Numbered from the whole stretch's first letter, positions 24,505-38,579 are shown. The stretch is 58,042 bases of DNA, filler included, from Sphacelaria rigidula (GCA_964200075.2; 4 parts of 4 records of this genome joined end to end with filler, not necessarily neighbours in it); one strand, 5' to 3'. A program made the numbers and translations. Notes: a model not told the origin generated them from the sequence alone.

Positions 24505-25156
24505 GGGAGGGGAGGCGGGGGATACTCACGATCCTGCATGTCGTAGTCGCAAGCAACACCATTGACCTTGCGTCCCTTCAAAGACGGGACGGAGCACGCC
24601 GGATTTTCGCCGAACCAGGCTCGCAGTCAATCACCAAGCGCGACGCGCCGTGATATGTTCGGCGAGTCGCATGGGGGGTGAGCTGCATCCTGCTAAGATT
24701 GTTCGGCCCGAAGGGTACTCATAATCTTGCTCATGAACGGCAGCCTCGAATGAGCTGCTTCGGTTTCTTGTATCGCCATTCTCAGAGACAGCTACACGGG
24801 TTACACTTCCTCATGGGTGCCTCAACATTTAAACACCACGTAGTACGACCATCCCAGGTGCGCGGACTGGAAATCTTTCCCCCCGCACAATATGATCTAC
24901 AATACCTCGACCGCCATCATGGCTACCGCAAGAAACGCAAGCAAGAAAAAAACGGTAACCTGATTGCCTAGCTAACGCAGTGAGTGGCGTGTTTTACAGC
25001 CTCGTTGCTAACCGACGCCAATCCTCGAGAGGGGGAAGCGGGGATGTACTCATGACCTTGCATACCATAGTCATATGACCGTTGACCTTGAATCTCTACA
25101 AAGCCGGACCGGAGCACGCCGGGTTTTCGCCGGATCGGGCTCGCAACCACCAAGCG
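24505..25156 (+). repeat. Diverged direct repeat pair (about 24505-24640 and 25030-25156)
   Basis: The segment ggggaggcggggatactca...ttgaccttg...ggagcacgccgg-ttttcgccg...ggctcgca...caccaagcg occurs twice. Confidence 0.65.
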
Positions 25157-28100
25157 GGGGAAGGGGGGTGTTATTTATCTCACGTATGGTGGACGACAAC
25201 GAACAACTTTTCCGTAAGATCGAGAGCCCAGCGTTGACTGAGCCTGAGCTTTATTTATTATTCGCTCTATATTGATCAATCTTTCATTCTGTGTGTGCTT
25301 TTCTTCGCCGGTAACACTGTCTGTCGTATGCTTACAGCTACGGGTCGATACCCCACTCAGGGATATCAAGGACTTCAGTGGCAAGCTGCTGCAGAAAATG
25401 CATCGGGCCTCGTGGAGGGGCATTTCGGAACTGAAACCATTCATTTACCAATTGACCGCTGCTCACTCTCAACCGTATCCTAGACTCTCAATCTCACGAA
25501 AATCTTGTCAAAGCTGCTTGCTCGCAGAGCAAACGACGCATAGTCCAACGCCGTCAAAAATGAGATTGAGGCAAACTGCAACCACCCTCCCTGGATCTGC
25601 ACACCATAGCAGAGGCATGCCCAGGAACAGGAACAGCCCGGGAAGGAATCCAGAACGGTGATGGTCGAGAAAGTGACTCGTTGTGTACCCGACTGAGAGT
25701 TAGTGGGAGTGGCAACGGTATCATAACACGAGATCAGTATATCTCTATCTGATCTTACTTCTTCGGCTTGCAACCAATTATATCAATATTCCTACCTGTG
25801 TTCGTACATGTCTTCTGCGTGGTCTTCGTGCCTAAACTTGTCCTTTTTTTTGTTTTTCCTTGTCATCTGCTCTCTCTTCTTTCTTTTTCCTTGAACCGTA
25901 GTGGCGTTTGTGTTCCGCTCCCGTGGATCTCGTAGGTAACTGTTCATACCCAAACAGTTTGATCCCCGAACAGCTTCCGCATTTCCGTATTTTTTCGCAC
26001 GGGCTTCGTACCTGAAGCCATGCTGCAGGGGCTGGCCATTATGGTACCTTGTTGTACTGTTTCCCCTTTCGTGCTTCACTCTTTTTTTTCTTCTGGTCAT
26101 CACATTTTATTTTTAAACCGGGACCGGCTATATCCGTGTTCTCATTCTCTTTTTCTTCCTTCCGTTTTCTTTTTCTTTCTCCCGATTTTTCCTTGTCTTG
26201 GGTTTTCTTGCCCATTCTACTCCTTTTGTCCCATCTTCATTTCTTCCTTTGTGTCACACCGTTTCTCGATACTCCACCTAGCGAATAGTTCCGTTTTGTT
26301 TCACCTTGGGTACATCTATCTTGTGGATTATGACCACAGCTACATCTGTCAGGAATCTGCCAATGTGCGACGATGACTCAGTGACTCAACGACTCAACTC
26401 AACGAACCAGCCGTGGCATATCCAGGAACCTAGGAATCCGTCAGCAAAGGGGATATCGGTGATGGGCACATAGTGTGAATGCTGTGAGTGTGCTCAAGAA
26501 TACGCCTGGCACACGACTTTGGTGGCCGCTGACGATACAAGTACAAGACACTCGAAAAAAAATATACGTCGCAGAAAAACGCGATATCTGGAAGAAAAAA
26601 AGCGCAATCTCAAACACACGCAAATATGAACAAATCGTAAATCTGATGAACAAAGCCGCCTCGCTGCGGTGGTCTGAATTAAAATCGTGCAACTGACATC
26701 ATTTACGGCGGGAAAAACACGGGTCCGATTCGCGCCAGGTGTGTCTGGTTTGGTTTTGCCCCGTCACAAGTATCTGATTTCCATGGTCGAGAGCGTGATC
26801 ATGTGAGTAGCAAAAAAAGAGGCTGTTCGGCTGAGTGTCTTGACACGACAGTCGACGCGATGCGGCAGTCTAGCGTTAGCGTGTACAGGGGGAATGGGTT
26901 GATGATCCCTCGAGACCACGGACTCGTCCCCAGTAAGGGAAGGAGGTGGAAGTGAGAACAGCAAAAACAACGACAACAAAATCACAAGTTTACTCGTCGC
27001 TATCTTCGCGTATAGCGCCACATGTTTCACAACGTATTTCGAGCGTTTTGAGGGGGCGGTGTTGAGATGCACGCAACGACGGTGAAGGGGGTGATGGCTA
27101 GCAGAATTGGTGAAAAGGCGAGAATTGCAGCTATTCAGTGTTTTTGTCTTGCGCTCGCATGGATACCTACCGCGCTCATGGCGAATGAACAAAAACAAGT
27201 TGTGATCTCACTTTCCACGCAAAAAATATCAGAGCCCAATCGAGTTTTTCAGACGAGCCCCATGACTCGAGTACCAAATCATGGAACTATGTTTGACTCG
27301 AGTCTCAAATCATGGAACTGGGGGTTTGTTGCATTAGTTGTGGGCTCACGTTCTGTCGGCTGGTCATTACCCGAGAGAGACTCGTCCTCATTTACCATAC
27401 TAATCGTGATAACTCGGGTCACACTTATCCGCAATATTGGGAATGTTGCGGAGAACCCGAGTACGTGCCATCAAGGACTCGTGATATGAGTGGAGTTGTA
27501 GAACCAGCACGCAAAAATCATTTTGGTTCGAAAGCCTGGAGCACGACGGATGATGTGATTGGTTTCAGACTTCGGGAACTCGCAGCCGCTCGCGACCTGT
27601 GGTCGTTGAAGCTAAGAAATTGCGGGAAATTTTCGGCGGTTGCAGGTTGCGTGCTGAAATGTCAGAATGTCCAACACACCTGTTAACCACGCAGACATGA
27701 CGGTTTGACACTCTTCTACGCGTGGCTCATACAGCCCACCCATCGCTCGCAGAAGAATTGTAAGACTAACAGAGTCACTGGGAGAAAACATTGGGAAAAG
27801 CGTTGCGATACAACTTCCCACGATAGAGGATGTTACGATATAAACGCATCCAATTTATATTCCCACGATAAAGGTATGCTAGACTTCTTCCAACATGGGT
27901 CGCGACATCGCTCGAGATCATATTGCTCGGAAAAACACTTCAAAATCTGCTCTCGGCAGTCAACAGTTGTGACCGAAAAGACATCACGCGACGCCAGCGT
28001 TTGCAGAAAATGATGATCGCTACGTTTCCCAAAAGCTTCCAGCTTTTATCCCTGCAGTGAATCTGCGCTCTATGGCAATTCACGGGCCACCATATTGGGC

Positions 28101-28974
28101 AGGCAAACAGCGCATATAGTTCACTTTGGGCAGAAAACCCGACTTTCTACGATACACTCGAGCGCATTTCCTACGTTTCGTGAGTGTTGCACGGTTAGGA
28201 CGAATCATCACGACTATGAATCACCAAATCCAAGATTTCTTCGGCCTGATTCCTCAAAAGGGAGAAAAAAGTTGACCGCTGGTCCAAGGGGTACCCACGC
28301 AACTTTTGCGCTATTCCACGTGTCTGGGCTGCGCTGCGTATGCCTGGGTTGCAACGCTGAAAACAAAGCCTAGGGATTGATTCGTACGATTCGAATCAAA
28401 TACACTAAAACCAAGTAATTTCCAGACTAATCATCATTTGTCCGATCCCTAGAGTGTTGATTGTATGCACCCGTGCGTTCATTTCCTCGCCACATTGTGT
28501 TGCGTGGGTCTCAATATCTGGCGGGAAAACGGAGAGTGCGTGTCCGTTAGCGCGTCTGTAATCCGCCACATATTAGACGATTTGATGGAGCATTCCGTTT
28601 TTCTTTGTTTTCGCGTTCTATCTCTACGTAATTATTTTTCCCGATCGATCCCAACTTTACTCAGGGCCATCTTGCGCTCCTTTTTTGCCAAGCGTCTCTC
28701 AATGTCAGTCGCGACATCGACAAGTACTTCTCCCTGGCAACTGCCGAGTACCTGCTTAATACTTTACAAACATGGCTGCCATCTTCCATTCTGGCATCTA
28801 AAACGCGATCGCACAGAACTCACCCTGACTGCCTAACGTAAACGTCCTCGACACACATGAATATTTTAGTATTCATTTATGCATTGTTTTTTTTATTCGT
28901 CGCACTTTGAACCCCCCCCCTCCCTCCCCCCTTTGGCCTCTTCTTTGTCTCTCTTATATCTATGACTCTTCTCT

Positions 28975-29074
28975 NNNNNNNNNNNNNNNNNNNNNNNNNN
29001 NNNNNNNNNNNNNNNNNNTTAATTAATTAANNNNNNNNNNNNNNNNNNNNNNNNNNNNNNNNNNNNNNNNNNNN
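28975..29074. other. Assembly gap spacer
   Basis: N44-TTAATTAATTAA-N44. Confidence 0.95.
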
Positions 29075-29376
29075 CCCCTCGATCGCGTAGATACTTTTTC
29101 AGCGCATTTTACCGACTCTGTGAGCTTACAGCGCTGACCGAAACTGCTGTTTTCCCTGATATCACCCCCCCTTAAAAATAAGTAGAAATGGCGGTTTCGG
29201 ACAGCGCTGTAAGCTCACAGAGTCGATAAAATGCGCTGAAGAAGTATCTACGCGATCGAGGGGCATTAGGCCGACAAGAAAGTCATTGGGCACCATCGCT
29301 GAAAGCGTGGAGAAAGTACTGTTTTGAGCTCGAACCTCATTTCATTGATGAACCTCATTTTATAGAATCCTCTGTT
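29075..29376. mobile_element. Foldback family A copy (left part lost in the gap)
   Basis: Inner arms 29075-29158 and 29185-29262 pair. It ends ...ttttatagaatcctctgtt and interrupts the transposase-tail ORF at GVDLH. Confidence 0.8.
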
Positions 29377-29499
29377 CAATGCAGATCCACCCCACTCTCT
29401 CCGTCGTCGCTCACTAGCTTCGCCAAAACCTTTCCGATGAGGAAAGGTGCCCCCGTGTCGATGAAGACGGCAAAATAATCCTCCTCGACAACGGAGTTA

Positions 29500-29960
29500 T
29501 CGTCTCGTGCTGGACGTCGCCCAGCCGTACCGCTTGTTTCACGCTGGTCCCGTCCACCGCCACCCGCTTCGTCGTCGTCCGTGCAATCTCTGTCTGTACA
29601 ACCGTCACTGGCGAGAGAGGTGTCGTCTCGTGTTGGACGTCGCCCGACCGTACCCCTTGTTGTACGCCGGTCCCGCCTACCGCCACCCGCTTCGTCGTCG
29701 TCCGTGCAATCTCTGCCTGTCCAACCATCGTTGCCGAGAGCAGTGTCATCTCGGGTTGGACGTCGCCCGGCCGTTCCCCTTGTTTTACTTCCGTCCCGTC
29801 TACCGCCACCCGCTTCATCGTCGCCCGTGCTATCTCTGTCTGAACAACCGCCGTTAGCGAGAGCGGTGTCGTCTCGTGTTGGACGTCGCCCAGCCGTACC
29901 CCTTGTTGCACGCCGGTCCCGTCTACCGCCACCCGCTTCATCGTTGTTCGTGCTATCGCT
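29500..29960 (-). repeat. ~4 x 120-bp coding minisatellite
   Basis: A 40-aa unit DDEAGGGRRDRRxTRGTAGRRPTRDDTxLxxxGCxDRDxT is repeated in ORF 29376-30086. Confidence 0.85.
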
Positions 29961-32152
29961 ATCTGCATCAGAGGATGATGAGACCGGGGATTCGCTGCTG
30001 CCAGTGCTGAATGATTCGTCTACAGAAAGACCCCCGACAAGATCGGGCTCGGAAGGTATTTCGTCCTCGGACGGAAACCAGCGCACTGGTAGGTCGAAGG
30101 CTCGCTCACCCGTCTCCTCAAACCAGACGCGTTACGGCGTCTTCCATCTCCTCCTTTGCGGCTTGGCTACCAGATCTGGCGCAAGCAAGTCAGTGACGAA
30201 AGTATGAGAATGTCGGGCGAACGCCGCAAGTTACGCCTCCTGGGCGTTCGCAATTCAAAAGGAAGGCAAAAAATGAATGAGGGTGAAAAGATATGATGTA
30301 AGAAGACAGTGCCGGGTGTATCTGCTGCCAAGCAAAGCCTTGGTATAGACGTGAAGACACCACGGAACCCCAGAGTAAACGTATACAACAATACAACAAG
30401 ACACAAGAGAAAACGCAGTTGGAAGTGGGATGTGGAAAGGGAAAATGTACGACCCTGGTAGCTCACTGCCGGGGAATGCAGCCGGTAGCCGCTCGTGGGA
30501 ATCTTCGTGCCACTATCGCACCGTGCGAAGGACTTCGTCAATCCCCATGTTGACCTGGTCCGGCGGGGTACATCGGATACTAGGTGTGGGGCCAATGGAG
30601 AGAATGTGTGGAGGGGCCTCCGGGTCTAATGAGCCGTCCGCGCATCTCCCGTTCCACTGCTTATCGTGCATGTATCGCTTGAACGTCACGTGCACCTGCC
30701 AACCACGCTTCTCCACGCAGAATCTCTGAAGGTCGTGATGTGCGCTACACGGTTGACAATACCGTTCAGGAGGCCCTTGAAGTCGCCCAGATTTCGCAGG
30801 GTTAGGCAGTGGACTTGGAGCTCCCGGTAGGACATCTGGAACTCAGCAGCTCGCTGCGATCTAGTAGAGATGTTCTTTCCCTTCATGCCTATGGCGAACC
30901 TGCACGTGACGACGACCGCACATGAGACGTGAGACGCCTACTATTAACACACGACGACGGAGACCTTGGAGCACCTGCGAGCAGACCGCCCAAAAAAGGG
31001 CTTGGATCATCGCAATCGAATCAAGCTTGCTCCCAGAGAAGAAATCAGTTGCATCTTGGCGTGTTCTGCAGTCGCATCGCTATGGCCAACAGACCAGCAA
31101 GATACGGGGGGAACGATACGGAGAGCGTTCTCTCGGGTGTTGTAGCCAAAACTGTCCAGCGGTTGAACACGCATTCGTGACGATACATCCTATCCCAAGT
31201 GTCATCACGCAGGGACTCCCAAACCATCGGTGATATCGTGGTATTTGAGGTCGTACTCAATCTACCCAAAAAATTGATAAGAGTGTTTGAGGTCGTACCC
31301 AATCTACCCGAAATTTGGGTAGGGTATCTGAGGTCGGACCAGATGTACCAAACCCTTGAGTATAACTTTCACTTTAATATTCAAGTTCGTGTGCAAGGTA
31401 CTCAAACTCGGGTAGAGTAAAATACCGACGTTTTCACTGAGTTTCCCGTCCATCATTAGGGCTGATTCCCGATTAAATCTCAGCAAACATTCTGATATAG
31501 TCTAGTCGAGAAAGCATTTGGATCAAAACCACATGTTACACAACTAGGGTAGAAATAATATTGCGGTATTGTCGAAGGGCGTTTGGATTGTACCGTGTAG
31601 ACTGGCGGGGGTACCGGAAAGCGTGAAAATCATACTGAAGTATTGATAGTCGAAGTCTTGTGTATAGCCCATACCCAGACATTCGCGCATGTGACTGCGT
31701 GTGTGACGCGTTTCACCCGCCTGCAAGTAGGGAGAAGGGGAAATAGCTGATAGCGAAAGGGTCATGAGGCACATGCGCCACAGAACGAAATTCAGAATGC
31801 ACAATTTGTCGAGCACAAACAAATAAGACAGAATCCAACTAACCGGTACAACTGCATCTACACTCCTGATTTGACCCAGACGCTGAATGAGCCACGTATT
31901 TTGTTCCACAAAAAAACGTTCGACGATAGTGGATCGCATCTCTACACAGCTCGGCTGGTGTCTCGCCCCGTACCCCCATATCGTGCCACCACCGTCTCAC
32001 TGCCTAGGTATCAAATATGTACTGCCATGGTTGGGTACAGGTGAGCTCGGGTAGGTAGGTTCATTCATCTGCACGTTTTTTTGTTTTTTATGGCCGTGAT
32101 TCGCTCATAACATGAGGTTTTACAAATTAGGAATGGATTATTTACTGGGGAT

Positions 32153-32496
32153 GAGAACCCGGAGACTTAAAATCCTCGTATCCACACCAAATCTTCGAGA
32201 CATGGTCCCATTTCTTCACTTGCTGGTAGCTATTGACAACTACTACACGCCATACAAATTTGGATTTCGGTCATCGAAATGTCGACGTCCTAGGTGAAGA
32301 ACCAATCGTGGGAGATTCAAGTGATTCGATCGGACGCCAAAATTGGTTTTTCACCTAGGACGCCGACATTTCGATGACCGAAATCCGAATTTGTATGGCG
32401 TGCAGTAGTCGGCAACAGCGACCAGCAAGTGAAGAAATGGAAGCATACTTCAAAGATTTGGTGTGGATAAGAATATTTTATTTCTCCGGGGTTTTT
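32153..32496. repeat. Long foldback (~150-bp arms), probable MITE
   Basis: tatccacaccaaatctt...catttcttcacttgctggt...cacgccatacaaatttggatttcggtcatcgaaatgtcgacgtcctaggtgaa pairs with ttcacctaggacgccgacatttcgatgaccgaaatccgaatttgtatggcgtg...accagcaagtgaagaaatg...aagatttggtgtggata. Confidence 0.8.
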
Positions 32497-34232
32497 TTCA
32501 ATATAAAGTCCATCCCCAATTAGTCAAATCCCGCGTTTCATACTTATTGTAGCCCGTGACGTAACGCCAATCCTGCCATTCACGGCAATCGTTCGCCCAT
32601 GTATTCAACATAGGCTGTGAAGCGGCGTCGTGGATCTGCCGACGTTCACGGTTACCCATCACACCCAGTTGATACTCTGTACTCAAGTATTACTGACAGT
32701 GCTTACTCAATATTCGAGTGGATTCCTGCAGGTCGTACTCGGTGTACTCAAACGTTGAGTACAGTATTCGAGATCATACTTAATCTATCCAAACGTTGCG
32801 TGCAGTATTTTAGGCCGCACTCGACCTCCTCAAACACTGAGGAGTAATGCCGAGATAGCCCCCCCACAAAAAGTGCACCGGAGACCGTCCGACAAACCGG
32901 CTGCTATCCCACTACTGCGCTCGTTTGCAGAAGTTTCGCCCACATGAGACGCGTGTAGCAGTCCGAAATCAGCTGTAACGCCCATATGAGTCGCGTCGTG
33001 CAGCACGAAACCACTTCTCACGGCATTTAAGATCATCGCCTCTGTGCACATTTTTGGCCGGTTCGGGGGGGGGGCTATCTCGACAGTAGACTGAGCAGAG
33101 TATTGGGGTCATACCCAAGTGATACTCTATACTCAACAATTACTGAGAGTGCTTGCTCGGTATTTGAGTAGAATATTGGACGTCGTACTCGATCTACTCG
33201 AGTTTTGCGTAGAGTGCTTGAGGCCGTACTCGCCCTTCTCAATATTTGAGTCGAGTGTTCGAGGCCGTTCTGGACCTCCCTGGAGTATTTGAGGTCGTAC
33301 TCGATATACTCAAGCTTTGAGTAGAGTAAATACTCGGGTATTTTTCTCGAGTTGTGCAAAGTACATACGCTACTCGACCAGCCCTTGAAAAGCTTCTGCT
33401 CAACTTCTTCCACGTACTTCCGTGGAGATACATATGATCCCGTTGATTTTCGTTGGTCAAAATTTCGCACGGACTTTCCATGGAAGCCCGAATCTTCGAT
33501 GGCACCTGCTTCGAGATAGCTTCCATCGAAGTCGGACGTCACAAGACTTATGAACTTTCATGGAAGTGAACTTGACCACCTTCCATGGACGCTATCGCCG
33601 ACTTTCACGAGCTTTCATGGACGCTCGTGGATGTACAACAGATAGTGTGGGAGCTGAAGCACGTAGCCCAAAACAACATATATCTACAGCAGAACATTTC
33701 ATGACTGCCTGATGACAGCATTCAGGCAGCGACAACACATACACGTCACTCTTCAGTGTACGACCGCTTCTCGACGTATACGGCGCTGGCTTCTTAAGGT
33801 CGTCGATTGTTCTTGCCGCCTGCCTAGAAAAACCCTTTTCGAGTTTGATGTAGGTGTGTCCAACCATCATGAAGTTCACTTCGATCACGTCCACGATGTT
33901 TCCCGCCACGAACACCCTTGCGTACCCGAGACAGAAGTTGTTCTTGTTCTCCGAGGCGGCGTTGTCCACCTGAGTGGTTGCCGATATAAGGCGTTGGGGG
34001 GGAGGCTTGGAGCCGGTGATGGGAGATCATTGAAATCCCCCCTTTCGTCTGTGGATGAATATCCCAAGTGACGGTTTCATGATCGCAACTGATAGCTCTC
34101 GATTTGCACGTCACAGCAATGGCTACACTCCAGACTCTCGATGATGTGTTCGACATATATTCACGACGATGTGTTCCGTGACGGAGCTCACCTATCAGTG
34201 CGCATGCTTGATGATACACCCCCCGTCGCCGT

Positions 34233-34449
34233 TGCTCCGTCTCGAAAGGGATGCGTGGTCAATGGTCAAATGACTAAGGCAAGCAACAAATGAGTACCAC
34301 CCCCACCCCACAACCCCCACCCCCGCGCCGCCCGCNNNNNNNNNNGATACCCCCCCCCCCCCCCGTGTCCCCCCCCGAAAGGGAGGCGGGGTAAAAGGAA
34401 AAAAGAAAAAGGCAAACAAAAAAGGCGCCCCCCCCCCCCCCCCCCCCCC
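34233..34449 (+). mobile_element. 5'-truncated non-LTR retroelement end with C-rich tail
   Basis: Family 3' end followed by C-runs (includes a 10-N gap). TSD gtcgccgt at 34225-34232 and 34450-34457, each preceded by a C-run. Confidence 0.7.
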
Positions 34450-34724
34450 GTCGCCGTCCGGCTTGTGATGCGTGTCGATAAGCCTGGTGAGGGCAAGATC
34501 GACAGCCGTACACGCGAGATTGCAGCCTTTGTAAGGCGTGAGAGGACCGGGTGCTTAGAGGACCGCATCGGCACTTGAATATCCTTACGATAAAGGTAAG
34601 GGTACGGTTAGTGTTGGGGTTGGGGTCAGGGGCGTGGTCTCTGCAGGGACTGGTCTGATAAGTTTTGAAAAACGTCGATCCTGAGGTGCTTTGAACTACG
34701 ATGCGGTCCTCTAAGCACGCGGCC

Positions 34725-35195
34725 TAATCGGCCGCTCTGATCCGGGAGTAAGCGTCCACACAACTCAAGTGCGTGAACAGCGGTCAGCACCTTGGCTCAG
34801 GTAGATAGCAGTATTCTCTATCACGTCTGATTATTTCTCTTCGTCTTGTTTACTGCTTCAAACTCCACTCAACCGCATTCAGTCACACAATAACACACGC
34901 TCAATGTCTCCCACTCAATACCGCACACACGGACTCACCACATGCACTTATAAAAACCCCTAGAGCGAGGCAAACAGATGGCACCCAGAACGAAGATGGA
35001 CTGATCGACGTGGGCGATGGACGCGCAGTTGACCGGAGTGCAGTCTTGACTGTACTCGCATAACCGACGTCTTAGTACATCATTCCTCTGATTGGTTACC
35101 TGATCCCCCGCAATTGCAACATGGCCCATGCTACTTGTACCGCACTGTATCCTGCATCAACCTTGTTCATGGCAGAGCGTGGGCATAGTCAATTA
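34725..35195 (-). repeat. 3' LTR
   Basis: Direct repeat of 39592-40065. Termini are TAAT...ATTA. Confidence 0.9.
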
Positions 35196-35287
35196 GCCCC
35201 CTTGTTCACGGCTCAGTCATGACTTGAAGATCTATACCGCTGAAAACCGGAATGAAAAATAACAACCCGACACAAGAACGAAAATAT

Positions 35288-35590
35288 CTCAAGCCATGTT
35301 CAGAATCCAAAAGTATATAATATAGAACGGAATTCACCCAGAAAATAGTACCATTATTTTATGTCCCCCAAAACCTATATTAGTTATCTTACGTCATGCT
35401 CAAAATCCAAATATATATATAGAATAAAAACTGAATTTACCCAGAAAGTAGTACCTCCAATATTTTATGCCCCCCTAAAACCTTTATCACTCATCTCGAG
35501 TCATATTCAAAATCCAAGAATATAAAATTTAAAACCTAGATTTATTCAGAAAATGGTACCTCAAATATTTTATGCCCCCCGAAATCCATA
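35288..35590. repeat. AT-rich ~105-bp tandem repeat (about 3 units) inside the LTR element
   Basis: The motif cat-ttcaaaatccaa...cagaaa-tagtacc...tattttatgccccc recurs. Confidence 0.7.
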
Positions 35591-36864
35591 TCACACTCCC
35601 TTCGCGGGAATATATTCCATGCAAAAAGTGTTCACCTCATCAAATACCCCCGCCCCCCTTGCGTTCGTGGCCATAGCGCTTCATTCAAAACATTTGCACT
35701 CTTTCCACAAATCGAATGCAGACAAAGAACTAAATCAATCTACGTTGCCATCTTCTTGGTGATACTAGGAACTGAGGTTTATCCGATCAAACTCGAACGG
35801 AACTACGAGTGAACATACGATGCAGTTCAAAAGGATCTGGCCGAGATTTACACGTAAAATAAAAGTCTCGAGCCTGAATGTTTAAATTTTCTAGACCTAC
35901 GCCAGTTTTTCGCGCAAAATGATCCTCAGCAAATCCTAAAATGCCCAGTGAAGCATGCCACTCATCAACTACTGTAAGTCTGATGGCTTATCAAATAAAT
36001 CACTACTGCCAGACAGTAATCGCACAAAGGCATCCTCACATAACCGATAGGTGTCAAACCTCCAACAAAAATCATACAAAGTATAAACCTACTGATGAGC
36101 TGGAGATGCCAACATCTATCTCCAACCTCTGCGTTCCTCCTCTGCTCAATAGCCTCGACTCCATCTTCGCGCTTCATTCCAATCGATATGCTCCTCCGTA
36201 GTTCCATGCCATTTTCTTGCCCCCCTTTTTCCTTGCCCCCCCCGCTTCCTTGAATGTCCGTACTCAACCACATGGGAGTCCCCACGCGCCTCATTCCTCA
36301 GTATGACCGACACCGTGCCATGCGTGAAACGAGTTTCGCTGATAGAGTCGGTGGTGGCGGCAGCGGCAGCGGCAGCGGTTGTCGTTAACTTGCCGGCGAT
36401 GTTGCTGGAAGAGGATGTGGTAGTGGCGGTGACTGCGGTGTTGTCGGCGATGATATTGGGACTGGAAATCCAGACGGTTGGCGCGTGTGGTGCAACCGTG
36501 GGACTCTTGAAGCGGGAATCAACCGCGGAACTGTAGGAGCAGGAGTAGGAGGTGTAGCTGTGGTAGTGGGTGGTAATTGTGGTGATGCGGCAACGGAAAA
36601 GGGTGACGATAGTTTCGGTATACTGGCGGCGTTGGCGACGCGATCAATGTTGCTTCGCCCCCTCCTGCCGTCGAGCGACGCTGCTGTGAAAATTTGCTGA
36701 CGAGTCACTGTCCACGCGACGCTGTTGGCGATGTCCATATCTCGTTGTGGTTGGCCGTCCGTGGAGGGTCGTTGGTTGGGTGCCAGTGCCATGTACCTTC
36801 TCTTCCCCTCACTCAAATCCCCAACACTTGAAAACCGAGTACCAGAATACTTGCGGAAATTTTG

Positions 36865-37175
36865 GTCGACACTCACAGCCCGGGGGGGAGAAGCAGAATT
36901 TGGGGGGATCGTACCAACATTAACTCGCTGTTGATCAGAAGCAAAATCCGGGGGAATCTTATAAACACTAGCTCGTTGAGGAGTAGAATCAAAGCCTGGG
37001 GGAATCTCATTGACACCAACTCGCTGTGGAATAGAAGCGAAATCTGTGGGAATCGTATCGACATCAACTCGCTGTTGAGCAGAAGCAAAATCCGGGAAAT
37101 GGACACTAGCTTCTTGAGGAACAGAATCAAAATCTGGGGGAATCTCACTGACACTAGCTTGTTGTGGGATGGATG
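36865..37175 (-). repeat. ~48-54-bp coding tandem repeat downstream of the protease
   Basis: A QQ(R)xxVxxIPPDFxSxP unit is repeated about 6 times in ORF 36385-37344. Confidence 0.75.
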
Positions 37176-38285
37176 TAGTGAGCAGTACGCACACTGCATC
37201 AACATGGGGGGAGTTGTTCGCACGTGCTTGATAAAATCTCAACTTGAGACTCCCTACAGCCTTAATCGGTAGCACTTTAATATCCCCTAGAACAACACGC
37301 TCTTCCCCCATTGGTGGAGGACGAGTATCAAAAACTTCGGTCATGTTGCCTGTAATGTGGTGTGTTGTACCTGAGTGTGCAAATCCATATTTCTGAATCA
37401 GAAAGGGGCGGAGATTCCATCTGATGCAATATTCTACCCTTCATGTCGAAATCGCCCAAACTGAAACTGACTTTTCTGGTGCGGCAGAAAGCGCCATGTA
37501 CATATTACCACCAGGGTTATCAGGACGCGGCAGCTCGGCACTTGAAGTTTGGTGGAGGTTCACCGGATGGAAATATTGGTCGGATGACTCGTGGTAGAGT
37601 GACGAGTATGATGGTGATTGTGCAGCGGAGGAAGAATCATGGTGGGATTGGTCTGGCGGTGGATGTTGTGATGGGTAGCAAGGAAGATGTTCGGTGATGG
37701 TGGTAGGTTACGGCTGAAGTTGATGTTGGGATGTATGGTATTGGACTGTATGAGCAAAACCGGCATCGTTGAAAGCATTGTCCTCATAGACAAAGTTATC
37801 AACGCTCTCATGGTGCTGGTAGGTGGGATCAGTCTGCTGAACGGTGTTGGCTTGTGGTGGATGTTTGTGGATTTGGTGTTGTGGATGCGGGTAATGGGAT
37901 TGTGGTGGTGTATGGTTGGTTGTGTGGTTGGACTGTTGGTGGTGGGTTGGTTGATGTTGCTGGGTTCGGTGATGCTGGGCTTTGTGATGCTGCGTGTGGT
38001 GCTGGCGAGGAGGGCAGTTGGGACAATTGAATGGGCCACGAATTTCGTTGGTTCGTTGACTAGGTTGGTGTACCCTACCACGGCCAGGTCCCGAATCATT
38101 CCCCGGACTGTGTGGTCGCCATGGCTGTTGTCTCGGTGAATACCACCCCCTCGATCATCATGACCACTGCTGATGGGTTGATGTGAGCCATGATTGGTAT
38201 GCAAATTGGATTGATGTAGGTTCGGAGGGATGTGGTGGTTGTATTGGTTTTGGGGATTGTGGGATCTGCGGTTCCCCCCGTTCTG

Positions 38286-38579
38286 CACGGGTGGCCACTG
38301 GGGTCTGTAACCTGGCCATTTTGGGACCTTATCCAATTTTGGTAAGGTCCGCGGATTGGGTAGACAACTGAGGAGCATTCGCACAGCATGGACAGGATCG
38401 AAACAAAACGTGTCCCAGTCTATAGGCGGGTGACTCCCCCTGTAGACTGGAACGTGTTTTATTTCGAACCTGTCCATGCTGTGCGAATGCTCTTCAGTTG
38501 TCCACCTAATCCGCGGACCTTACCAAATGTGGATAAGGTCCCAAAAAGGCCAGGTTACAGACCCCAGTGGCCACCCGTG
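38286..38579. mobile_element. 294-bp foldback MITE (CAC...GTG ends, 2-bp TG TSD; CMC/EnSpm-like) inserted in gag
   Basis: ~140-bp near-perfect arms, with TG at 38284-38285 and 38580-38581. Removing the element and one TG rejoins DHGSPGRR-QNGGNRRSHN in frame. Confidence 0.85.
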
